Of a stretch of 64,000 nucleotides of DNA, positions 30,726-43,400 are shown in pieces. The position numbers and the translations under genes are program-made. Numbering within the stretch: position 1 is the first letter of the stretch; the number at the start of each line of letters is the position of its first letter. Origin of the DNA: Eledone cirrhosa. Taxonomy: Eukaryota. Under the pieces are notes generated by a model, which was not told where the DNA came from, did no database searches, and was given only the letters and a program-made list of their open reading frames with translations. The DNA lies in NCBI GenBank assembly GCA_964016885.1, contig OZ024748.1:31310001-31374000 (forward strand), in the 5' to 3' direction.

Positions 30726-31140
30726 TTAAAAAAATATTTTTCTAATATAACCAACATTTAAAATAAACCCTAATAAAGGAATAATATGTAACAATAAAAG
30801 CAAATTTTCATTATTCTTATTAATTTTTATTACTTTTATAAAACTTATTATTTCCCCATGTTGAACCATTACATATATTGGTAAATTATATAATCCACCT
30901 AAAAATACCATAATAATAATAAATAATATAAAAAAAAATCTATAAAGATATATATAATATAACCTCAGATACTAATCCCACAAAAGGGGGAGCTCCTATA
31001 TTACAAATACATAATAAAAATATAAATAAACTTATTATAGGATTATAGTTAATTATTCCCCCATATAAAAATAAACTTCGACTATTTACTTTCTCATAAA
31101 TTAAATTCCCTAAACAAAATAATCCAGATGAACATATTCC
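30726..31140 (-). pseudogene. nad4: nad4 3' part (NUMT)
   Basis: GMCSSGLFCL, NMGAPPF and QHG motifs. Confidence 0.9.
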
Positions 31141-31553
31141 CTTCTATTATATTTATTAGATGAATCAATCAACCCTTTATTAACAATTAAAGTATTAGGA
31201 CACCAATGATATTGAAGATATGAATATTCAGATTTTATAAACATTGAATTTGACTCATATATAACACCCTCTGAAGAACTTAATATAGGAACATTTCGAC
31301 TTCTAGAAACCGACCATCACCTTATTATACCTATAAAAACAAATGCACGAATAATCATCTCATGAACTATTCCATCTCTAGGTTTAAAAGTAGATGCAAT
31401 TCCAGGACGACTTAATCAAGTAAATTTATATTCAAGTCGTCCTGGAATCTTTTATGGTCAATGCTCAGAAATCTGCGGAGCAAATCATTCTTTTATACCA
31501 ATTACCCTCGAAATTGTAAATATAAATACATTTAATAATTGACTATATAATTA
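31139..31553 (+). pseudogene. cox2: Displaced cox2 central-3' fragment inside nad4
   Basis: [32 protein letters not shown] and [16 protein letters not shown] motifs. Confidence 0.95.
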
Positions 31554-31972
31554 ATTATAAATATTATTATATATATACCAGCTTGCAAACGCTCCGGTTG
31601 ATATCCTCTCCCCAAAATTAAAAACAACGTTGGAATTAAAGATAATTAAAAAAACAAATAAAATATCAGTATATTATCTATTAAAAAAAATAATATAACC
31701 ACTAAACATAAAAATAAAACACATAAAGAAAAAATATAAACTTTATTATTATCAATTTTAATAGAATTATACCTAGATAATAACATTAATCTTCTTGTCC
31801 ATAATCTTAATAGTACCAATACACCTGATAATCTATCTACATAAAAATAATATATATATATTCCTCAATTATCCACTATTAAATATTTAAATATTAAAAA
31901 TCTAAAAACTAATATAAACCAAAAACGTAATTCTCAACTCCAATATACAACAAATCTAAATACTACACCTAT
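31554..31972 (-). pseudogene. nad4: nad4 5' part (NUMT)
   Basis: [10 protein letters not shown] motif. Confidence 0.9.
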
Positions 31973-32257
31973 AATTTTATTACACTTATATTACCAACGT
32001 AATCATTTCCATGAAGACGAATAAATCTAACTAATAAAGATAAACCTAAAGAAGCTTCACAAACCCCCAAAACAATTAATAAAATAACTATATATATTCT
32101 TAACCTCAAGAAATTATTAATATAAATACCACCCTCAATGTCAACACCTCAAATCCTAATAATATATTTAAAACATGTTTCCATTGAAATATTAAAATAA
32201 TTAACCCACATATATATATATATATCCTCCTAATAACAATCCATTATTTATAATCAT
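31969..32257 (-). pseudogene. nad4L: NADH dehydrogenase 4L (NUMT)
   Basis: GVCEASLGLSLLVSFIRLHGND. Confidence 0.92.
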
Positions 32258-32261
32258 AAAC

Positions 32262-32330
32262 GTTATAATAGTTTAAAATATAAAACAATGGTCTTGTAAA
32301 CCAAAATTAAATATCATATTTTTATAATTA
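32262..32330 (+). pseudogene. trnT: NUMT tRNA-Thr(TGT)
   Basis: TGGT-CTTGTAA-ACCA anticodon arm. Confidence 0.88.
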
Positions 32331-32395
32331 AAGTTACAAGTGAATCGAACACTTATAAAAGATTTTCAAAATCTCTTCTCATCCAATATAACTTA
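32331..32395 (-). pseudogene. trnS2: NUMT tRNA-Ser2(TGA)
   Basis: AGAT-TTTGAAA-ATCT arm and GTTCGATTC T-loop. Confidence 0.85.
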
Positions 32396-32974
32396 ATATT
32401 CTAATATATATATTCATAAATAATCTAAAATAGGTCGAATTAAAAAACAAGCAAAATATATAATCCTAAAAATTTGTCCAAATAACTCATAAGGATATTC
32501 TACTGGACATCCCCCAATTCATGTCAAAATAAAAAATACCCAAATTAAATATCAAAAAAAAATTGAGACAAAAAATTATATCTTAACCCAGTACACCCTC
32601 TAATATGAAAAAGAGGACAAAAAAACAAAATTAAAATTGATATTATTAAACTAATAACACCCCCTATTTTATTAGGAATAGAACGAAGAATTGCATATGC
32701 AAATAAAAAATATCACTCCGGTTTAATATGAATAGGTGTTACTAACGGATTTGCAGGAATAAAATATCTCCTAATATATTAGGAGATAATAACCTTAACT
32801 CAATTAATAAAAATATTATAACTAAAACCCTAAAACATCCCGTATAATATGAATAACTGAATCAAATGAATACTCAACACATGATGTATAATATATAGCC
32901 AAAAATAATCCCCTTAAAACCTGAATAATTAAACATAATCCTAATAAAGACCCAAAATTCCATCAAATAAACAA
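32396..32974 (-). pseudogene. cob: cytochrome b fragments (NUMT)
   Basis: [30 protein letters not shown] and WNFGSLLG motifs; large internal deletions. Confidence 0.96.
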
Positions 32975-33030
32975 TTGGTCATTTACAATACAAACACTTA
33001 CGTGTTTATCATATATTAATTAATATTAAC

Positions 33031-33129
33031 TTGTATATACATATATATATACATATATATATATATACATATATATACATATATATATATATATACATAT
33101 ATATATACATATATATATATGTATATATG

Positions 33130-33160
<31 letters not shown>

Positions 33161-33165
33161 GTATG

Positions 33166-33196
<31 letters not shown>

Positions 33197-33215
33197 GTAT
33201 ATACATATATATATG

Positions 33216-33246
<31 letters not shown>

Positions 33247-33333
33247 GTATATATATATGTATATATATATGTATATATATATATGTATATATATATGTAT
33301 ATATATATGTATATATATATGTATATATATATG

Positions 33334-33366
<33 letters not shown>

Positions 33367-33566
33367 GTATATATATATGTAAATATATATGTATATATAT
33401 ATATATATGTATATATATATGTATATATATATATATGTATATATATATGTATATATATATATATGTATATATATATCTATATATATACATATACATATAT
33501 ATATATATATACATATATATATACATATATATATATATATACATATATATTTACATATATATATAC

Positions 33567-33611
<45 letters not shown>

Positions 33612-33924
33612 CATATATATATACATATATATATACATATATATATACATATATATATATACATATACATAGTGAAGGCGTGTGGCTGAGTGGTTAGAGA
33701 ATTGGATTCGCAATCGTGAGATGGTGAGTTCAATCCCCGGACCGGGCGATGCGTTATGTCCTTGAGCAAGACACTTTATTTCACGTTGCTCCTTCTACCT
33801 GGAGTTGCGACCGATAGATAGTACTAGCAATTGGAAAGACCAATGGAAGCATTGTTTCCTCGGTCCGATTTGACGAAAGTCGATCGTTCCTGATATATAC
33901 ATATATATATACATATATATATAC

Positions 33925-33955
<31 letters not shown>

Positions 33956-33974
33956 CATATATATATGTATATAC

Positions 33975-34005
<31 letters not shown>

Positions 34006-34010
34006 CATAC

Positions 34011-34085
<75 letters not shown>

Positions 34086-34416
34086 CATATATATATATAC
34101 ATATATACATATATATAAGTTGAAATAAAATGAAAACGAAATTTCATTTCTCACTCTTAGTACGGCACTTACTTAAATGTAAGTATGTGTGAATACGTAC
34201 ATACATATATGTATACAGACGTACAGTAGCATGCATATATATATATGTACGTATGTACGTATGTACGTATGTATGTACGTAAGTATGTACGTATACACAC
34301 ATACTTACATATATATATATACATATATATATATACATATATATATATACATATATACATATATACATATATATATATATACATATATATATATACATAT
34401 ATATACATATATTTAC

Positions 34417-34463
<47 letters not shown>

Positions 34464-34466
34464 CAT
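33031..34466. repeat. (TA)n/TATG/TACA microsatellite tracts with small inserts
   Basis: Direct reading; similar tracts at 50456-50844, 53371-54060, 54670-55590, 56542-56713, 59874-60338 and 63043-63734. Confidence 0.97.
33672..33792 (+). mobile_element. tRNA-derived CORE-type SINE, 3'-truncated
   Basis: A-box TGGCTGAGTGG, B-box GAGTTCAATCCC and CORE-like TGTCCTTGAGCAAGACACTT. Confidence 0.85.
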
Positions 34467-37400
34467 GAATGAAACGCGTAGATTACTTCCCTTGCTTTTA
34501 TCGAGAATCTAATTGTAATACGTGACGTATTCTATTCTATAGCGATTAGGTCTTCAAAATGTTTATTATAAACATACAGAATATTTTCGAATATTCTATG
34601 TCTATATTCACATATATATCGCTATTTCAGAGCATTTATTCCAATTTCTAATTTCTGCCGGACCGGCAACCGCTCTTTCAAACCAGTTCCTGTACACAGC
34701 TAAGTATTCTATAAGTCTCTAGCTGTGTCATTCTCGATAAAAGCACTGGATATGTAGTCCTGAAGATTTCTAACAAGAATGAAACGCGTAGATTACTTCC
34801 CTTGCTTTTATCGAGAATCTAATTGTAATACGTGACGTATTCTATTCTATAGCGATTAGGTCTTCAAAATGTTTATTATAAACATACAGAATATTTTCGA
34901 ATATTCTATGTCTATATTCACATATATATCGCTATTTCAGAGCATTTATTCCAATTTCTAATTTCTGCCGGACCGGCAACCGCTCTTTCAAACCAGTTCC
35001 TGTACACAGCTAAGTATTCTATAAGTCTCTAGCTGTGTCATTCTCGATAAAAGCACTGGATATGTAGTCCTGAAGATTTCTAACAAGAATGAAACGCGTA
35101 GATTACTTCCCTTGCTTTTATCGAGAATCTAATTGTAATACGTGACGTATTCTATTCTATAGCGATTAGGTCTTCAAAATGTTTATTATAAACATACAGA
35201 ATATTTTCGAATATTCTATGTCTATATTCACATATATATCGCTATTTCAGAGCATTTATTCCAATTTCTAATTTCTGCCGGACCGGCAACCGCTCTTTCA
35301 AACCAGTTCCTGTACACAGCTAAGTATTCTATAAGTCTCTAGCTGTGTCATTCTCGATAAAAGCACTGGATATGTAGTCCTGAAGATTTCTAACAAGAAT
35401 GAAACGCGTAGATTACTTCCCTTGCTTTTATCGAGAATCTAATTGTAATACGTGACGTATTCTATTCTATAGCGATTAGGTCTTCAAAATGTTTATTATA
35501 AACATACAGAATATTTTCGAATATTCTATGTCTATATTCACATATATATCGCTATTTCAGAGCATTTATTCCAATTTCTAATTTCTGCCGGACCGGCAAC
35601 CGCTCTTTCAAACCAGTTCCTGTACACAGCTAAGTATTCTATAAGTCTCTAGCTGTGTCATTCTCGATAAAAGCACTGGATATGTAGTCCTGAAGATTTC
35701 TAACAAGAATGAAACGCGTAGATTACTTCCCTTGCTTTTATCGAGAATCTAATTGTAATACGTGACGTATTCTATTCTATAGCGATTAGGTCTTCAAAAT
35801 GTTTATTATAAACATACAGAATATTTTCGAATATTCTATGTCTATATTCACATATATATCGCTATTTCAGAGCATTTATTCCAATTTCTAATTTCTGCCG
35901 GACCGGCAACCGCTCTTTCAAACCAGTTCCTGTACACAGCTAAGTATTCTATAAGTCTCTAGCTGTGTCATTCTCGATAAAAGCACTGGATATGTAGTCC
36001 TGAAGATTTCTAACAAGAATGAAACGCGTAGATTACTTCCCTTGCTTTTATCGAGAATCTAATTGTAATACGTGACGTATTCTATTCTATAGCGATTAGG
36101 TCTTCAAAATGTTTATTATAAACATACAGAATATTTTCGAATATTCTATGTCTATATTCACATATATATCGCTATTTCAGAGCATTTATTCCAATTTCTA
36201 ATTTCTGCCGGACCGGCAACCGCTCTTTCAAACCAGTTCCTGTACACAGCTAAGTATTCTATAAGTCTCTAGCTGTGTCATTCTCGATAAAAGCACTGGA
36301 TATGTAGTCCTGAAGATTTCTAACAAGAATGAAACGCGTAGATTACTTCCCTTGCTTTTATCGAGAATCTAATTGTAATACGTGACGTATTCTATTCTAT
36401 AGCGATTAGGTCTTCAAAATGTTTATTATAAACATACAGAATATTTTCGAATATTCTATGTCTATATTCACATATATATCGCTATTTCAGAGCATTTATT
36501 CCAATTTCTAATTTCTGCCGGACCGGCAACCGCTCTTTCAAACCAGTTCCTGTACACAGCTAAGTATTCTATAAGTCTCTAGCTGTGTCATTCTCGATAA
36601 AAGCACTGGATATGTAGTCCTGAAGATTTCTAACAAGAATGAAACGCGTAGATTACTTCCCTTGCTTTTATCGAGAATCTAATTGTAATACGTGACGTAT
36701 TCTATTCTATAGCGATTAGGTCTTCAAAATGTTTATTATAAACATACAGAATATTTTCGAATATTCTATGTCTATATTCACATATATATCGCTATTTCAG
36801 AGCATTTATTCCAATTTCTAATTTCTGCCGGACCGGCAACCGCTCTTTCAAACCAGTTCCTGTACACAGCTAAGTATTCTATAAGTCTCTAGCTGTGTCA
36901 TTCTCGATAAAAGCACTGGATATGTAGTCCTGAAGATTTCTAACAAGAATGAAACGCGTAGATTACTTCCCTTGCTTTTATCGAGAATCTAATTGTAATA
37001 CGTGACGTATTCTATTCTATAGCGATTAGGTCTTCAAAATGTTTATTATAAACATACAGAATATTTTCGAATATTCTATGTCTATATTCACATATATATC
37101 GCTATTTCAGAGCATTTATTCCAATTTCTAATTTCTGCCGGACCGGCAACCGCTCTTTCAAACCAGTTCCTGTACACAGCTAAGTATTCTATAAGTCTCT
37201 AGCTGTGTCATTCTCGATAAAAGCACTGGATATGTAGTCCTGAAGATTTCTAACAAGAATGAAACGCGTAGATTACTTCCCTTGCTTTTATCGAGAATCT
37301 AATTGTAATACGTGACGTATTCTATTCTATAGCGATTAGGTCTTCAAAATGTTTATTATAAACATACAGAATATTTTCGAATATTCTATGTCTATATTCA

Positions 37401-40400
37401 CATATATATCGCTATTTCAGAGCATTTATTCCAATTTCTAATTTCTGCCGGACCGGCAACCGCTCTTTCAAACCAGTTCCTGTACACAGCTAAGTATTCT
37501 ATAAGTCTCTAGCTGTGTCATTCTCGATAAAAGCACTGGATATGTAGTCCTGAAGATTTCTAACAAGAATGAAACGCGTAGATTACTTCCCTTGCTTTTA
37601 TCGAGAATCTAATTGTAATACGTGACGTATTCTATTCTATAGCGATTAGGTCTTCAAAATGTTTATTATAAACATACAGAATATTTTCGAATATTCTATG
37701 TCTATATTCACATATATATCGCTATTTCAGAGCATTTATTCCAATTTCTAATTTCTGCCGGACCGGCAACCGCTCTTTCAAACCAGTTCCTGTACACAGC
37801 TAAGTATTCTATAAGTCTCTAGCTGTGTCATTCTCGATAAAAGCACTGGATATGTAGTCCTGAAGATTTCTAACAAGAATGAAACGCGTAGATTACTTCC
37901 CTTGCTTTTATCGAGAATCTAATTGTAATACGTGACGTATTCTATTCTATAGCGATTAGGTCTTCAAAATGTTTATTATAAACATACAGAATATTTTCGA
38001 ATATTCTATGTCTATATTCACATATATATCGCTATTTCAGAGCATTTATTCCAATTTCTAATTTCTGCCGGACCGGCAACCGCTCTTTCAAACCAGTTCC
38101 TGTACACAGCTAAGTATTCTATAAGTCTCTAGCTGTGTCATTCTCGATAAAAGCACTGGATATGTAGTCCTGAAGATTTCTAACAAGAATGAAACGCGTA
38201 GATTACTTCCCTTGCTTTTATCGAGAATCTAATTGTAATACGTGACGTATTCTATTCTATAGCGATTAGGTCTTCAAAATGTTTATTATAAACATACAGA
38301 ATATTTTCGAATATTCTATGTCTATATTCACATATATATCGCTATTTCAGAGCATTTATTCCAATTTCTAATTTCTGCCGGACCGGCAACCGCTCTTTCA
38401 AACCAGTTCCTGTACACAGCTAAGTATTCTATAAGTCTCTAGCTGTGTCATTCTCGATAAAAGCACTGGATATGTAGTCCTGAAGATTTCTAACAAGAAT
38501 GAAACGCGTAGATTACTTCCCTTGCTTTTATCGAGAATCTAATTGTAATACGTGACGTATTCTATTCTATAGCGATTAGGTCTTCAAAATGTTTATTATA
38601 AACATACAGAATATTTTCGAATATTCTATGTCTATATTCACATATATATCGCTATTTCAGAGCATTTATTCCAATTTCTAATTTCTGCCGGACCGGCAAC
38701 CGCTCTTTCAAACCAGTTCCTGTACACAGCTAAGTATTCTATAAGTCTCTAGCTGTGTCATTCTCGATAAAAGCACTGGATATGTAGTCCTGAAGATTTC
38801 TAACAAGAATGAAACGCGTAGATTACTTCCCTTGCTTTTATCGAGAATCTAATTGTAATACGTGACGTATTCTATTCTATAGCGATTAGGTCTTCAAAAT
38901 GTTTATTATAAACATACAGAATATTTTCGAATATTCTATGTCTATATTCACATATATATCGCTATTTCAGAGCATTTATTCCAATTTCTAATTTCTGCCG
39001 GACCGGCAACCGCTCTTTCAAACCAGTTCCTGTACACAGCTAAGTATTCTATAAGTCTCTAGCTGTGTCATTCTCGATAAAAGCACTGGATATGTAGTCC
39101 TGAAGATTTCTAACAAGAATGAAACGCGTAGATTACTTCCCTTGCTTTTATCGAGAATCTAATTGTAATACGTGACGTATTCTATTCTATAGCGATTAGG
39201 TCTTCAAAATGTTTATTATAAACATACAGAATATTTTCGAATATTCTATGTCTATATTCACATATATATCGCTATTTCAGAGCATTTATTCCAATTTCTA
39301 ATTTCTGCCGGACCGGCAACCGCTCTTTCAAACCAGTTCCTGTACACAGCTAAGTATTCTATAAGTCTCTAGCTGTGTCATTCTCGATAAAAGCACTGGA
39401 TATGTAGTCCTGAAGATTTCTAACAAGAATGAAACGCGTAGATTACTTCCCTTGCTTTTATCGAGAATCTAATTGTAATACGTGACGTATTCTATTCTAT
39501 AGCGATTAGGTCTTCAAAATGTTTATTATAAACATACAGAATATTTTCGAATATTCTATGTCTATATTCACATATATATCGCTATTTCAGAGCATTTATT
39601 CCAATTTCTAATTTCTGCCGGACCGGCAACCGCTCTTTCAAACCAGTTCCTGTACACAGCTAAGTATTCTATAAGTCTCTAGCTGTGTCATTCTCGATAA
39701 AAGCACTGGATATGTAGTCCTGAAGATTTCTAACAAGAATGAAACGCGTAGATTACTTCCCTTGCTTTTATCGAGAATCTAATTGTAATACGTGACGTAT
39801 TCTATTCTATAGCGATTAGGTCTTCAAAATGTTTATTATAAACATACAGAATATTTTCGAATATTCTATGTCTATATTCACATATATATCGCTATTTCAG
39901 AGCATTTATTCCAATTTCTAATTTCTGCCGGACCGGCAACCGCTCTTTCAAACCAGTTCCTGTACACAGCTAAGTATTCTATAAGTCTCTAGCTGTGTCA
40001 TTCTCGATAAAAGCACTGGATATGTAGTCCTGAAGATTTCTAACAAGAATGAAACGCGTAGATTACTTCCCTTGCTTTTATCGAGAATCTAATTGTAATA
40101 CGTGACGTATTCTATTCTATAGCGATTAGGTCTTCAAAATGTTTATTATAAACATACAGAATATTTTCGAATATTCTATGTCTATATTCACATATATATC
40201 GCTATTTCAGAGCATTTATTCCAATTTCTAATTTCTGCCGGACCGGCAACCGCTCTTTCAAACCAGTTCCTGTACACAGCTAAGTATTCTATAAGTCTCT
40301 AGCTGTGTCATTCTCGATAAAAGCACTGGATATGTAGTCCTGAAGATTTCTAACAAGAATGAAACGCGTAGATTACTTCCCTTGCTTTTATCGAGAATCT

Positions 40401-43400
40401 AATTGTAATACGTGACGTATTCTATTCTATAGCGATTAGGTCTTCAAAATGTTTATTATAAACATACAGAATATTTTCGCATATTCTATGTCTATATTCA
40501 CATATATATCGCTATTTCAGAGCATTTATTCCAATTTCTAATTTCTGCCGGACCGGCAACCGCTCTTTCAAACCAGTTCCTGTACACAGCTAAGTATTCT
40601 ATAAGTCTCTAGCTGTGTCATTCTCGATAAAAGCACTGGATATGTAGTCCTGAAGATTTCTAACAAGAATGAAACGCGTAGATTACTTCCCTTGCTTTTA
40701 TCGAGAATCTAATTGTAATACGTGACGTATTCTATTCTATAGCGATTAGGTCTTCAAAATGTTTATTATAAACATACAGAATATTTTCGAATATTCTATG
40801 TCTATATTCACATATATATCGCTATTTCAGAGCATTTATTCCAATTTCTAATTTCTGCCGGACCGGCAACCGCTCTTTCAAACCAGTTCCTGTACACAGC
40901 TAAGTATTCTATAAGTCTCTAGCTGTGTCATTCTCGATAAAAGCACTGGATATGTAGTCCTGAAGATTTCTAACAAGAATGAAACGCGTAGATTACTTCC
41001 CTTGCTTTTATCGAGAATCTAATTGTAATACGTGACGTATTCTATTCTATAGCGATTAGGTCTTCAAAATGTTTATTATAAACATACAGAATATTTTCGA
41101 ATATTCTATGTCTATATTCACATATATATCGCTATTTCAGAGCATTTATTCCAATTTCTAATTTCTGCCGGACCGGCAACCGCTCTTTCAAACCAGTTCC
41201 TGTACACAGCTAAGTATTCTATAAGTCTCTAGCTGTGTCATTCTCGATAAAAGCACTGGATATGTAGTCCTGAAGATTTCTAACAAGAATGAAACGCGTA
41301 GATTACTTCCCTTGCTTTTATCGAGAATCTAATTGTAATACGTGACGTATTCTATTCTATAGCGATTAGGTCTTCAAAATGTTTATTATAAACATACAGA
41401 ATATTTTCGAATATTCTATGTCTATATTCACATATATATCGCTATTTCAGAGCATTTATTCCAATTTCTAATTTCTGCCGGACCGGCAACCGCTCTTTCA
41501 AACCAGTTCCTGTACACAGCTAAGTATTCTATAAGTCTCTAGCTGTGTCATTCTCGATAAAAGCACTGGATATGTAGTCCTGAAGATTTCTAACAAGAAT
41601 GAAACGCGTAGATTACTTCCCTTGCTTTTATCGAGAATCTAATTGTAATACGTGACGTATTCTATTCTATAGCGATTAGGTCTTCAAAATGTTTATTATA
41701 AACATACAGAATATTTTCGAATATTCTATGTCTATATTCACATATATATCGCTATTTCAGAGCATTTATTCCAATTTCTAATTTCTGCCGGACCGGCAAC
41801 CGCTCTTTCAAACCAGTTCCTGTACACAGCTAAGTATTCTATAAGTCTCTAGCTGTGTCATTCTCGATAAAAGCACTGGATATGTAGTCCTGAAGATTTC
41901 TAACAAGAATGAAACGCGTAGATTACTTCCCTTGCTTTTATCGAGAATCTAATTGTAATACGTGACGTATTCTATTCTATAGCGATTAGGTCTTCAAAAT
42001 GTTTATTATAAACATACAGAATATTTTCGAATATTCTATGTCTATATTCACATATATATCGCTATTTCAGAGCATTTATTCCAATTTCTAATTTCTGCCG
42101 GACCGGCAACCGCTCTTTCAAACCAGTTCCTGTACACAGCTAAGTATTCTATAAGTCTCTAGCTGTGTCATTCTCGATAAAAGCACTGGATATGTAGTCC
42201 TGAAGATTTCTAACAAGAATGAAACGCGTAGATTACTTCCCTTGCTTTTATCGAGAATCTAATTGTAATACGTGACGTATTCTATTCTATAGCGATTAGG
42301 TCTTCAAAATGTTTATTATAAACATACAGAATATTTTCGAATATTCTATGTCTATATTCACATATATATCGCTATTTCAGAGCATTTATTCCAATTTCTA
42401 ATTTCTGCCGGACCGGCAACCGCTCTTTCAAACCAGTTCCTGTACACAGCTAAGTATTCTATAAGTCTCTAGCTGTGTCATTCTCGATAAAAGCACTGGA
42501 TATGTAGTCCTGAAGATTTCTAACAAGAATGAAACGCGTAGATTACTTCCCTTGCTTTTATCGAGAATCTAATTGTAATACGTGACGTATTCTATTCTAT
42601 AGCGATTAGGTCTTCAAAATGTTTATTATAAACATACAGAATATTTTCGAATATTCTATGTCTATATTCACATATATATCGCTATTTCAGAGCATTTATT
42701 CCAATTTCTAATTTCTGCCGGACCGGCAACCGCTCTTTCAAACCAGTTCCTGTACACAGCTAAGTATTCTATAAGTCTCTAGCTGTGTCATTCTCGATAA
42801 AAGCACTGGATATGTAGTCCTGAAGATTTCTAACAAGAATGAAACGCGTAGATTACTTCCCTTGCTTTTATCGAGAATCTAATTGTAATACGTGACGTAT
42901 TCTATTCTATAGCGATTAGGTCTTCAAAATGTTTATTATAAACATACAGAATATTTTCGAATATTCTATGTCTATATTCACATATATATCGCTATTTCAG
43001 AGCATTTATTCCAATTTCTAATTTCTGCCGGACCGGCAACCGCTCTTTCAAACCAGTTCCTGTACACAGCTAAGTATTCTATAAGTCTCTAGCTGTGTCA
43101 TTCTCGATAAAAGCACTGGATATGTAGTCCTGAAGATTTCTAACAAGAATGAAACGCGTAGATTACTTCCCTTGCTTTTATCGAGAATCTAATTGTAATA
43201 CGTGACGTATTCTATTCTATAGCGATTAGGTCTTCAAAATGTTTATTATAAACATACAGAATATTTTCGAATATTCTATGTCTATATTCACATATATATC
43301 GCTATTTCAGAGCATTTATTCCAATTTCTAATTTCTGCCGGACCGGCAACCGCTCTTTCAAACCAGTTCCTGTACACAGCTAAGTATTCTATAAGTCTCT

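Noticed and set aside
33855-33892. GAC-GAAA-GTCGATC hammerhead half
   Set aside because: No CUGANGA box upstream
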